Part shown: in pieces, positions 31,492 to 40,554 of the stretch
How positions within the stretch are numbered: the first letter of the stretch is position 1
Layout: each line of letters opens with the position of its first letter
Assembly: GCA_965221905.1 (NCBI GenBank)
Contig: OZ244922.1
Location: 1,248,001 to 1,312,000 of the forward strand
DNA from: Chloroflexota bacterium
GTDB taxonomy: Bacteria; Chloroflexota; UBA11872; VXOZ01
Reading direction: 5' to 3'
DNA: 64,000 bases
Translations under genes and position numbers: made by a program
Notes under the pieces: model-generated
The model's database searches: none
What the model was told of the DNA's origin: nothing
The model's input: only the letters and a program-made list of their open reading frames with translations

Positions 31492-32310
31492 TCAGCCACG
31501 CAGTACGTGCTTCTCGATAGCCACGGCGACACCATCCTCTTCATAGGTGACAGTTACAAAGTCTGCCGCCGCCTTTACGCGTGGATCGCCGTTTCCCATC
31601 GCTACGCCGAAACCGGCAGTCTCGACGAGGCTGAGGTCGTTCAGATTGTCTCCTATGCCAACTGTCTGGTCGAGTGAAATATCGAGCACGTTGGCAAGCT
31701 GCGTGAGCGCACGCCCCTTGGATACGTCCGGATGAATTGCCTCGGTGTAGTAAGGGTGTGACTTCGTGATTCCCAAGCGACTGCCGAAGTGATCGGTGAG
31801 TTCCGCGACGAGGCGGTTCGTCTTACTCTCATCGAGATTCACGAGCACGAGTTTGGTGGAGGGATTATCTGGTAAGAAGGCGATGAGATCTGGCACAACC
31901 GTAGCTTCTACACGGGCAATGCGCATGTAAACCTCTGCCTCAGGCGTAAGGCTCTCAACGTGTAACCGGTCATCGGCAAAGGCGTTCACTTGAATGCCCC
32001 GCTTACGCGCCAGAGTGACGACTTCCTGCGCTAAATCCGCAGGGACAGGCAAATGGAAAGTCGTTTCCTCCGTCACGGGATGACGCACCAGACCTCCCTG
32101 GTAGCAAATAAGCGGCACCGTAATATTGAGCTCTTGGGCAAACGGCACCATAGCGGCAAACATCCGACCGCTTGCAAGTGTAACCGTGACCCCTTCCGCC
32201 TGGGCGGCAGCGATCGCACTTTTCACCCGTGGCGTCACCGTGAGCCGATGGTCGATGAGTGTACCGTCCAGGTCGATGGCGATGAGCTTATAGTCGGAGC
32301 GCAGGCTCAT
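31492..32310 (-). CDS. Cof-type HAD-IIB hydrolase
   Basis: DLDGTL, ASGR, SKG, GDNLND. Confidence 0.92.
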   Translation of the reverse strand: MSLRSDYKLIAIDLDGTLIDHRLTVTPRVKSAIAAAQAEGVTVTLASGRMFAAMVPFAQELNITVPLICYQGGLVRHPVTEETTFHLPVPADLAQEVVTLARKRGIQVNAFADDRLHVESLTPEAEVYMRIARVEATVVPDLIAFLPDNPSTKLVLVNLDESKTNRLVAELTDHFGSRLGITKSHPYYTEAIHPDVSKGRALTQLANVLDISLDQTVGIGDNLNDLSLVETAGFGVAMGNGDPRVKAAADFVTVTYEEDGVAVAIEKHVLRG

Positions 32311-33143
32311 ACTAAGAGCCCCCGCACGATGTCCATGTTGGCTTGATCGGGTCCTTTGTCATCAAATCCCGGCACTTCCAGCACGGCCGGAATGCCGGCA
32401 AGCGCCCTATGATTGACGATGTAGCGGAACGCTTCCAAGCCGATGTAGCCTTCGCCGATATTCTCATGGCGGTCTTTATGGGAGTCGAAGGGCACTTTTG
32501 AGTCGTTTAGGTGGAAGGCCGCTAGGCGATCCAACCCAAGATTCTCATCAATTTCCGCGAGCATAGCGTCGAAGCCCTCGGCGGTTTCCACGTGGTAGCC
32601 GGAGGCGAAGGCGTGGGCCGTATCGACGCAGAGCTTTATGCGTTCGTGGTTGCCGCAGGCGCGGAGGATGGTGCCTAATTCCTCGAAGCTCGAGCCGATG
32701 TTGCCGCCGGAACCGGCGCTGTTTTCCAATAAGAGCGGCACGGTTTCGGAGGCGGCCAGCGCATCGCTAATTGCGGCCTCGATCCGAGGCAACGCCTGGT
32801 CCAGGCCGTCGCCCATGTGACTGCCGACGTGCGTGACTACGCCGGCTGCGTTGAGCAAGTCGCCTGTTTGCAGTTGGAATGTAAGCGTCATCACCGACTT
32901 GTCGTAGTTATCCGGCTTGGGCGAGCCGGTGTTGATGAGATACTGCGTGTGGAAGAGAGCCGGCAGCGGCGTCTCCGTTTGGGCGGCAGTATAGGCCGCC
33001 ACGTGCTCTTCCTTGGGCAGCGCGCGCTGCCAACCGCGCGGATTGGAGCTGAAAATCTGCATGCATTCGCACCCCAGGTCTTGTGCCCGGGCAAAAGCGG
33101 TAGCGATGCCGCCAGTGGTGCGCACGTGGGCGCCAAGTTGCAT
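32307..33143 (-). CDS. nfo: Endonuclease IV
   Basis: LGAHV, LLENSAG, DTAHAFASG, HLNDSK, DRHENIGEG. Confidence 0.95.
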   Translation of the reverse strand: MQLGAHVRTTGGIATAFARAQDLGCECMQIFSSNPRGWQRALPKEEHVAAYTAAQTETPLPALFHTQYLINTGSPKPDNYDKSVMTLTFQLQTGDLLNAAGVVTHVGSHMGDGLDQALPRIEAAISDALAASETVPLLLENSAGSGGNIGSSFEELGTILRACGNHERIKLCVDTAHAFASGYHVETAEGFDAMLAEIDENLGLDRLAAFHLNDSKVPFDSHKDRHENIGEGYIGLEAFRYIVNHRALAGIPAVLEVPGFDDKGPDQANMDIVRGLLV

Positions 33144-33497
33144 CGATAGATCCCTTCGTATGCGCTCGTGGAGGGAGACGGCTAGGAGAACGACTGCGAC
33201 TATTATAGCAAAGCAAGCGGTCGCGTTGGTGGTCTTCGCGGGCAACAGCCAGCGCCGATGAGAGACCCACCATGTGCGACAGCCGGTCCTGGGTCTTGCG
33301 CCACGGCAGCGACGGCGTCAATCCTGCGTAGGCTCAATTGTTCTGTATGGCACTCGCGACACTTTGCAGAAAATTTGCAATTGCGGATGGCGTTGGCGCC
33401 TTGCCACTCTAGACGGGAAGAGGGCGAACTGGGGGAGGGGCCGCCAAGGGCATTCGCCTGATGCGCACTACCTTTCCGGTGACCTTTGCATAACTCC

Positions 33498-33524
33498 GTC
33501 ATTCCGGCGAAAGCCGGAATCCAG
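33498..33524. repeat. REP-like palindrome (GTCATTCCGGCG..GCCGGAATCC family)
   Basis: Paired copy at 57491-57558; relics near 9760-9786, 46190-46205 and 57710-57733. Confidence 0.75.
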
Positions 33525-33648
33525 AGGGGGGGGGGGTGTGGGTAGACAGGGATTACTTGTCGTGAGGCCGTTATTCACCCCCATCCCGACCTTCCCTCAT
33601 CAAGGGGGAAGGGGTTTCGCAGTGGTCCCCTTTCCGTGAGTGGCAGCC

Positions 33649-33688
33649 CATCCGTTCATGCTTCGACACGCTCAGCACGAACGGATGG
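33649..33688. repeat. REP-like element (CATCCGTTCATxCTTCGACAxGCTCAGxACGAACGGATG), uninterrupted relative of the IS110 target
   Basis: Differs at three positions from the element split by IS110 at 53683-53709 / 54862-54873. Confidence 0.8.
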
Positions 33689-33807
33689 AATGCTCGTGCC
33701 GAACGGATAGTGTGTTCTTGCCGAGCGGATGGAGTGCTCTCGCCGAACGGATGGTGTGTTCTTGCCGAGCGGATGGAGTGCTCTGGCCAAACGGATGGTG
33801 TGCTCTG
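33679..33807. repeat. Tandem repeat, about 6 x 22 bp with alternating variants
   Basis: Units such as GAACGGATGGTGTGTTCTTGCC and GAGCGGATGGAGTGCTCTCGCC. Confidence 0.85.
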
Positions 33808-33995
33808 AGATCGACCCTCTCCTCACGAGTATCGCTGCGGTGACGCTATAATGTGGGTGAGGCTATAGTCGCCGCCTAGGATCGGCACGCTTGGTATGAA
33901 AGTGCGTGCGCACGGCGGTCCAAATACCAAGTGAGTGCTTGGCGACGGGCGCGGCGACAAGCGAATGCAAGAACGCGAAAGAGAGATGCGGACGC

Positions 33996-36494
33996 ATGCG
34001 GAATATTCTGAGCGGGCTTTTGGGCGGTCGTGATGAGGAGGAGCAATCCGCGATTCGTCCAGTGCATCGCGACGCTGCTGACTCCGGCGGTTTGCTGCAT
34101 GACCTGGGTGGCGGAGTGCTGCTTTATGAGGACGTCTTCGTCCTTGGCAACATCGCCTACGGACGCCGTCAGCCGCCGCTCTCACTCTCCTTAGAGCGCA
34201 GCGCTGAAACGTCCTACAGCGAGATACCCAGCCAGTTTGACGGATGGGATGGAGCACGGAGTTTTGCCGGCGCCGTTCCCCAAGATCACGAGGTGTTTCG
34301 GCATTGCACGGCGAGCATGACGGCGACGCTCAGGCAGATGGCGCACGTGATGCGCAGCGACTCCGCGCCTGCGACGCAGTCGGCGTCTTCGATGAAGTCG
34401 GCTTCTGCGACGAAGTCATCCAACCCCTCTATTCTGCTTACCGGGCCTACCGGCTGTGGCAAAACGACCCTGGCCAAGACCTTCTGCTACCTGGCAAATG
34501 AACCGTGTGTTGAGATTACGTTCAGCGGCGATACCGCGCTCAGCGATTTCTACCAGTCGGTGGAGGTTGTGACCCAAGCCGGGAGCCAGGCGCACAGCAC
34601 TGCGACGCTGCTCGGCCCGGCAGTGGATGCCATGCTCACCGGCAAGAAACTGCTGCTCAACGAAGTAAACATAATTCCCCAAGACCTGCTAAGCGTCTTC
34701 ACACAGGCGCTCGATGCCCGCCAGGTGGTGCTTTCAGGCAGCGAGTGGGGCAATGTGACGGTGCCGGTGCACCCGCAGTTTGGTGTCATTGCCACGGCCA
34801 ATCCCAACTATACCGGCACGCTGGAGATCGGCGTCACGTGGGAGCGACGGTTCGGTCACGGCACCGGGAACGTGGCTATGGACTTCCTGCCGCTGGCAGA
34901 AGAGGCTGAGGCGATTCATCACGAGCTACGGCGCGTAGCCGTTTTGGAGCGTATAGAGGCGATGCCGCCGCTGGAGGCGTGCACGGCAGTTGCAGCGGCA
35001 GCGGCGGAATTGCGAAGCCACCCGGAACTCGGCGGGCTCATGCGTGACCGCGTCTCGACCCGTTCGCTGGTGCACTGGCTCAGCGTGTGCAGCCTTACCG
35101 GTTTTCCCTTGGCCGCGGTTGCGGTGGAGGCCATCCTGACGTTGGCGCCGCCGGAAGCCCGCCAAGAGGCTGCCGAGCTTGTCGAAAAGATGCTGAGCGC
35201 GGTTGCCTGGCCGGCAAGAACGCATCGTCGCGTGAGCGGCGTGCTGCTACCGGAGATTACAGTGCCGGAGGAAAGCGTGGTTGCATTGGGGAGTGTTGCG
35301 CAAACGCCACTGCCTATGTCACATGGGGAGGAGACCGAAAGGCGAACGGGCGGCTTGGAGAACGAAGTGTACCAGCCGCTGGAGAGCGATTCGCCGGGCA
35401 AGCAACCGGCACTCGCGCGTTATGAGTGCACGCTGCCGGACGGCACGCGGTTGCAATTGCAAGAGCCGCTCTACACGTGGGCGGACAACTCGATGGCTCT
35501 GGGACTACGCCTGCACGCCTGGGATGCAAATGGCTTCGAGATTACGGACCCGGTCCGGCTGGAGTCGTTTGAATCGGTACTGGGCGCAGAATTTGGCATC
35601 ACGGTGCCCAGACCGATCGGCAACATACCGTCCGGTGATGTGGCACTCCCGTGTTTTACGCGCTCAAGTTGGTCGGCGCTGCGTCTGCTGGAAGCGGCGC
35701 TTGTGCTTGACCGTCCGGTATACATTAAGGGTCCGCCGGGCAGCGGAAAGTCGGCTCTGGTGCGCACGCTGGCGCGGCTGCGCCAACTTCCGTTGGTAGA
35801 ACTCACGTTTACTGGCGAAACATCCAAGCACGATCTTCTCGTCAGCCGCCGCCTGAGCACGGGAGAGACCCAATGGACGGTGCAAGCATTTCTCGAAGCC
35901 GTCATAAAGGGCTATTTGGTGCTCATAAATGACTATAATCTCGCCTACTCGGACGTTCATTCCTTGTTGAACAGTCTCTTCGACAAGGGTCGGTGCCTAA
36001 CGCTGCCTGACGGGCGAACGGTAACGGCTCACCCGCGTTTTCGGTTGGTGGCAACCGGGCAGCCGGAGGGCCCGGGAGTGAAGCCGCTCAACGAAGGAGT
36101 GGAGAATCGCTTTGGCGCAATCCTCGAGCTGGCATATCCTTCCTCCGGCGAGGAGCTCGCGGTACTCCGCAGCGTTGGGCAGAGTTTGCCGGTTCCGGTT
36201 CTCCGGTCGCTGGTTGATTTCGTCGGTCAGTGCCGGCGCTGGTCGGCAGGTGCGGTGCCCGCAGACTTGGAGCAGGAAGCGATTTGGCAGGATGCCGTCT
36301 CGCCCGAGTTGATTGCCGCGGTAGCCGCGGCCGGCAACTGGAGTACGGCGGAGCTTGTGGGAGTGGTACAGGGCGTGGATGATGCCGGAGTCTTAGTGGA
36401 GCGGTTCCAGGAAGGAGTGCTGTCGGCCGCCACCCCTGCGGCCCGCCGCGTCTTGGAAGCGCTCCTTCTTCAATACAACGTAACATTGGCATAG
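33996..36494 (+). CDS. Tandem (two-domain) MoxR/dynein-related AAA+ ATPase
   Basis: Walker A GPTGCGKT and GPPGSGKS; VHPQFGVIATANP and AHPRFRLVATGQP; ERRF/ENRF. Confidence 0.88.
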   Translation: MRNILSGLLGGRDEEEQSAIRPVHRDAADSGGLLHDLGGGVLLYEDVFVLGNIAYGRRQPPLSLSLERSAETSYSEIPSQFDGWDGARSFAGAVPQDHEVFRHCTASMTATLRQMAHVMRSDSAPATQSASSMKSASATKSSNPSILLTGPTGCGKTTLAKTFCYLANEPCVEITFSGDTALSDFYQSVEVVTQAGSQAHSTATLLGPAVDAMLTGKKLLLNEVNIIPQDLLSVFTQALDARQVVLSGSEWGNVTVPVHPQFGVIATANPNYTGTLEIGVTWERRFGHGTGNVAMDFLPLAEEAEAIHHELRRVAVLERIEAMPPLEACTAVAAAAAELRSHPELGGLMRDRVSTRSLVHWLSVCSLTGFPLAAVAVEAILTLAPPEARQEAAELVEKMLSAVAWPARTHRRVSGVLLPEITVPEESVVALGSVAQTPLPMSHGEETERRTGGLENEVYQPLESDSPGKQPALARYECTLPDGTRLQLQEPLYTWADNSMALGLRLHAWDANGFEITDPVRLESFESVLGAEFGITVPRPIGNIPSGDVALPCFTRSSWSALRLLEAALVLDRPVYIKGPPGSGKSALVRTLARLRQLPLVELTFTGETSKHDLLVSRRLSTGETQWTVQAFLEAVIKGYLVLINDYNLAYSDVHSLLNSLFDKGRCLTLPDGRTVTAHPRFRLVATGQPEGPGVKPLNEGVENRFGAILELAYPSSGEELAVLRSVGQSLPVPVLRSLVDFVGQCRRWSAGAVPADLEQEAIWQDAVSPELIAAVAAAGNWSTAELVGVVQGVDDAGVLVERFQEGVLSAATPAARRVLEALLLQYNVTLA

Positions 36495-36496
36495 GC

Positions 36497-38497
36497 ATGA
36501 CTTCTGCGACTTTGACGAACACAGCAGCTCAGGCTGAAGCGCGCGTGCGCAATACGCGCTATGCGCATGGCGAAATAGTGGCGCTCGCGCGGCTCATTCT
36601 CCGCGATTCACGCCTGAATGTCGTGTCGGGCAGGGAATGGGCATACATAGCACGCGGGCACACGCTAACGTATCCAACGCGGGTGCTGCACACCTGGCCC
36701 GGCACAAGCATCGTTGGCGCTATCTGCCAGCAGATGGGTGAAGCCCAGCACACAGGTGTGATGGGCGAGCGGGCGTTGCAGAGCTTTTCCCGCATCGCCC
36801 CGCTGGCGTTCGACGCCGTCATGCCGTTCGCGCGTTTTGTGAATGAACTGCGCGTAAACCGCATGCATTTGGCGCGATACCCCGGCTCGGCGCGATTCCT
36901 GCGGGCGCTCTATGCCGACAATCCGCAGTGGTCTTCCGGCAGGCGGCGCAGCACACCCCTCAGGGAGCAAGTACAGCAAGGTCTATTGGATCGGTGGCTC
37001 CATGAGGTGTGGCCGAAAAATGCGCGCCCGATGCACATCGGGAGTACGGCCAATCGTTACGTCGACGTCCTTTGGCCCGGCGTGCGGGACGCGCTGCTCC
37101 GAGACTCCATGCCGCAGATGCTGGACATCCTGGCCCGGCGGATGCTGCCCATTCTGCACGACCTCGTGGAAGAGGATGCTCGATTGTCGCAGAGGCGGCC
37201 GGAAGAGGAGCGGCCCGTTCCCGAGGAAGATGCCACTGCCGAATATGACGCCGAGGCCCTCGGGGAATTGCATATTGAGGTGGGCAGCGCCGATGACACG
37301 GAATCGTCGTCCCGTGAAGATGGCGATAGACAGATGAACGAATCTTCAGCGCCCCGATCGGATGTAGAACCCATTCCTGCCTCTCCAGATGATGAAGGCG
37401 GCCCCGCTAAGATAGAGAGCAGCCCGGATGAGCAGGCCGAACTCCGCCGAGATGGCGAAGCGGATTCACGACAGCAACCCAAACTCGAGGGTCCTCCGCG
37501 ACTAATCGACCCAAGCATGTTCAAAGCGCATCCCGGTGCACTCAATCCAATGCCGCGTACAATCGTGCAGGGCTTGGGCGAGCGTCCGGCCGCACCGAAA
37601 ACGGACTATGAGAACTTCGACTATCGTAGTGCGGTACGGCGGCTGGAGCCCGCGATCCTGCGCTCGCTTAACGGTGAAGCGGGGCGGAGGGGCCTCAAGG
37701 AGATCATGATGCGCCGCCGCTTTGGAACGCTTGAGCTGGGCCGGCGACCTCGCCGCCGCCGGGGCGGCGATAGTGGCGAGATCGATACCGATCACGTGGA
37801 GCGCCTGGTTGTTGCACCGGAACAAGCGTTCCTCAAAGGCGTGCGCACACCGCGAGCCGATCATCAAAAGGACTTTGCTGCTATCATCCTCATGGATATC
37901 AGCGGTAGCATGGTAGCCAAGGGGTACTCGACCCGCAAGTTCGACCACACCGTAGACGCCGCCGTGATTTTCGCCGAGATTCATGAACGATTGCGGATTC
38001 CCTATCAGATGATGGCGTTCTCGGAGGAAGTCTGGCGAATGCGCACGTTCGACGAGTGTACTTTCTCAACTCAGGTGGTCGCCAACGAGCGGACCTACAC
38101 GCCTAGGGACCTGAGCAGTGTATTCCGCACCATGTATGAGCAGCCGCACAAGAAGACGGACGATGCCGGAGCGATGCGCCAGGCGGTGCAGGACATGCAA
38201 CCGCATAAGGGATTCAAGACCATTTTGGTCTTGACGGACGGTATTTCGTCTCAACGGCGAAAACTGCGGGAAGTTCTGCTTCAAGTGGAGCGGCGCAATG
38301 GCATGGTTGGTTCCGGGGACGCAATGGGTATTATCGTGTTTGGAATTGGCGTGCCCGGCGATGCGCTAAACGAATCTTACATAGTACAAGCGGAAGGCCG
38401 GTTCTTGCGCTGCCTGCAGACGGTGGTGGTGCCTGACGTGGCGCGGCTGCCCCGTATGATCCAGACGACGATCGAGCGCCGCATTCGCGGTGTTTAA
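36497..38497 (+). CDS. CobT/NorD-like protein with acidic linker and C-terminal vWA (MIDAS) domain
   Basis: MDISGSM, LVLTDG; D/E/P-rich central linker; starts 2 nt after the AAA stop codon. Confidence 0.85.
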   Translation: MTSATLTNTAAQAEARVRNTRYAHGEIVALARLILRDSRLNVVSGREWAYIARGHTLTYPTRVLHTWPGTSIVGAICQQMGEAQHTGVMGERALQSFSRIAPLAFDAVMPFARFVNELRVNRMHLARYPGSARFLRALYADNPQWSSGRRRSTPLREQVQQGLLDRWLHEVWPKNARPMHIGSTANRYVDVLWPGVRDALLRDSMPQMLDILARRMLPILHDLVEEDARLSQRRPEEERPVPEEDATAEYDAEALGELHIEVGSADDTESSSREDGDRQMNESSAPRSDVEPIPASPDDEGGPAKIESSPDEQAELRRDGEADSRQQPKLEGPPRLIDPSMFKAHPGALNPMPRTIVQGLGERPAAPKTDYENFDYRSAVRRLEPAILRSLNGEAGRRGLKEIMMRRRFGTLELGRRPRRRRGGDSGEIDTDHVERLVVAPEQAFLKGVRTPRADHQKDFAAIILMDISGSMVAKGYSTRKFDHTVDAAVIFAEIHERLRIPYQMMAFSEEVWRMRTFDECTFSTQVVANERTYTPRDLSSVFRTMYEQPHKKTDDAGAMRQAVQDMQPHKGFKTILVLTDGISSQRRKLREVLLQVERRNGMVGSGDAMGIIVFGIGVPGDALNESYIVQAEGRFLRCLQTVVVPDVARLPRMIQTTIERRIRGV

Positions 38498-38511
38498 CCA
38501 ACAAGGAGCAC

Positions 38512-39282
38512 GTGGTGAAGTCCAGATCGCAGCGTTCTGACACCGAAAAGCTTCCCTGGGGTCTGCCCGCGGTGATTGTGGTGTGGGTAATTTGGCTCGT
38601 GTTGGCGCACCTAAGCCGGGCGGTCCTTGACGTCTACACAGCGATTTCCCCATTGCGCTACTTGGGCGCCGCGAACATGCCGAATTTGCGCGCCTCATTA
38701 TTTGCCCCCGGCATGCTGGTAGCTGTCGGCCTTTTGGTTCCCGTATTGATTGCGGCCGGTATTGCTTTTCGCATAGTAGCCGCCCGCTATCGGGGCGCCC
38801 CCATGGAGGCGCTTGCGTTCACCCGACAGAACCACGTCTGGGTGCTGGCGGTGGTAGTGCTCTTTGGTGTCTTGCTGACGTTTCTTCTGCAGTTCGCCCT
38901 TGGCTGGTCCAATTACCCGCTGCCGTTTCTCGAACCCAACGCTGGATTCCCCTCGCCTCTCGATCTGGTGCTGTACGCCGTGAGCGTGCCAGTGACGGCT
39001 CTTTTGGCGGGAATACTCGTGTTTGGATTCTGCTATCCCATCTTGGTGGCAGGCTTGGGTAGATGGGTGGGAGGGCTTCTTTGCGCAGTATGCTTTGCCT
39101 TGCCACAACTTGCTATGCAGGGCGTCTATTGGCAACCGGCGGCGGCCTTGCTGGTAATGGGCATCTACCTGACAGCAGTACGGATGCGGACAGAATCGAC
39201 CTATACCGCTACGCTCGGCTATACCGGCTTTTCGATTTACATCGCCCTATCAGCAGTATTGGCAGAACTAGCCATCGCCTAG
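38512..39282 (+). CDS. CPBP (CAAX protease/Abi)-like membrane protein, catalytic motifs degenerate
   Basis: Multi-TM topology with CFALPQ and RMRTESTY at the CPBP motif positions; AAGGAG SD. Confidence 0.6.
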   Translation: MVKSRSQRSDTEKLPWGLPAVIVVWVIWLVLAHLSRAVLDVYTAISPLRYLGAANMPNLRASLFAPGMLVAVGLLVPVLIAAGIAFRIVAARYRGAPMEALAFTRQNHVWVLAVVVLFGVLLTFLLQFALGWSNYPLPFLEPNAGFPSPLDLVLYAVSVPVTALLAGILVFGFCYPILVAGLGRWVGGLLCAVCFALPQLAMQGVYWQPAAALLVMGIYLTAVRMRTESTYTATLGYTGFSIYIALSAVLAELAIA

Positions 39283-39585
39283 AGCTGCCGGTAGGTTTGC
39301 GCCGGAGCATGCCTACACCGCCAAGCACGGCTACGTTAAGGGCACAAACACCAACACGCCCTGTATGTATTGCAGGGCGTGCCGGCGAGAAGGGCAGTGT
39401 GCCTTTGCCGCAATGCTGGAGGCTAGCAGGCTGAGTCAGAGACGTGCTGCCGGCTTGTAAAGGGATCGCTCAGTTGGCCAGAGCGTCTCCACTTTCGAAT
39501 CAACTTAACGAACTAACACGAAGATTGGTATACCGCAATCATCAAGATCCTTGCGCGAGACCGGTTTCTTGTCCTCGGGGCCGCA

Positions 39586-40008
39586 TCAACTGTCGGTGTC
39601 GCTCCACAGATACCGCCCGGTTACACTCGAGACTAAAACTATAATCACATCAACAAACGCCCAAATGACCTGATTAGCGGTCGACTCGCCCTCTATGCCG
39701 AAGTTCAGAAAGTTGAACCAATTTGAAAAGAACCAGAGAGCCAGCATGACCGTAATGTACGTTGCCAAGTTGACTTCCAGATATTCACGCGTAATCGCCT
39801 CATCCGAACCCCGGCCCAGAGCACGTTTGCGCTGGTAGTTAACGACCAATGCGATCACAATTGCCAGGGCAATCGGCCAATCCAAGATACCCCACACATC
39901 GACGGTACCCAGCGCCTCTCGATAGAAGGAATTGAACACAAAGTGCACCGCCACTACGAGCGCGACGCCAATGAGGAAAACCGACAAGAGCTTCTTGACT
40001 GCTCCCAT
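39586..40008 (-). CDS. Small 4-TM membrane protein
   Basis: Four hydrophobic helices; AAGGAG SD. Confidence 0.75.
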   Translation of the reverse strand: MGAVKKLLSVFLIGVALVVAVHFVFNSFYREALGTVDVWGILDWPIALAIVIALVVNYQRKRALGRGSDEAITREYLEVNLATYITVMLALWFFSNWFNFLNFGIEGESTANQVIWAFVDVIIVLVSSVTGRYLWSDTDS

Positions 40009-40554
40009 GAGAGTTTCTCCTTCTAACTGTGTGAGATTCTAGCGATTCGTGGGGTATTGTTGCTGATAGCGTGCATATTCATTTGCACATGACCGACGCC
40101 TACAGTGAATTGCGGCAGTGCGGATTGATCGACTGCTTCGTTCAGGCTCCTCTTGCACTAGCCTAACGGCTTCGCGCTTGTTTAGGTCCCGTCTGCCGGC
40201 GTGTAGCGCGCTGTATCGCAGCAATGGAGAGCTTGGGAGAATGTTAGTCAGGGTGTTGTGTGAGGATCGTGTGGTGGGTCGAGCACTCGAGGGAGCACAC
40301 GTGCTGAATCTACAGGCCGACGGGTAGCTTACTTGAGTTAGGATTGCAGGCATTAATCCATTCTCTTACGCTTTCTCTTCGCCGGGCCGTCAGCTCGGTC
40401 ATGCGATGCTGCGCCTCCCTATGTTAGCGCCTAGATTAGGTTTACCTGCAGCCACCTTCTCCTAATCCTTGCTGCCTAGCTACAAAGCTGCACCGGCCCG
40501 AAATCTCTATTGGCACCGGTGCAGTTGCAGGAGGCTGGGATCCTAAAGAGGGAG

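Noticed and set aside
33679-33807. Possible CRISPR array
   Set aside because: Units are contiguous 22-mers with no unique spacers, and no cas genes are in the window.
33996-38497. Calling the AAA-vWA pair cobS/cobT
   Set aside because: The ATPase has two AAA domains with altered Walker B motifs and there is no cobN or other cob gene nearby.
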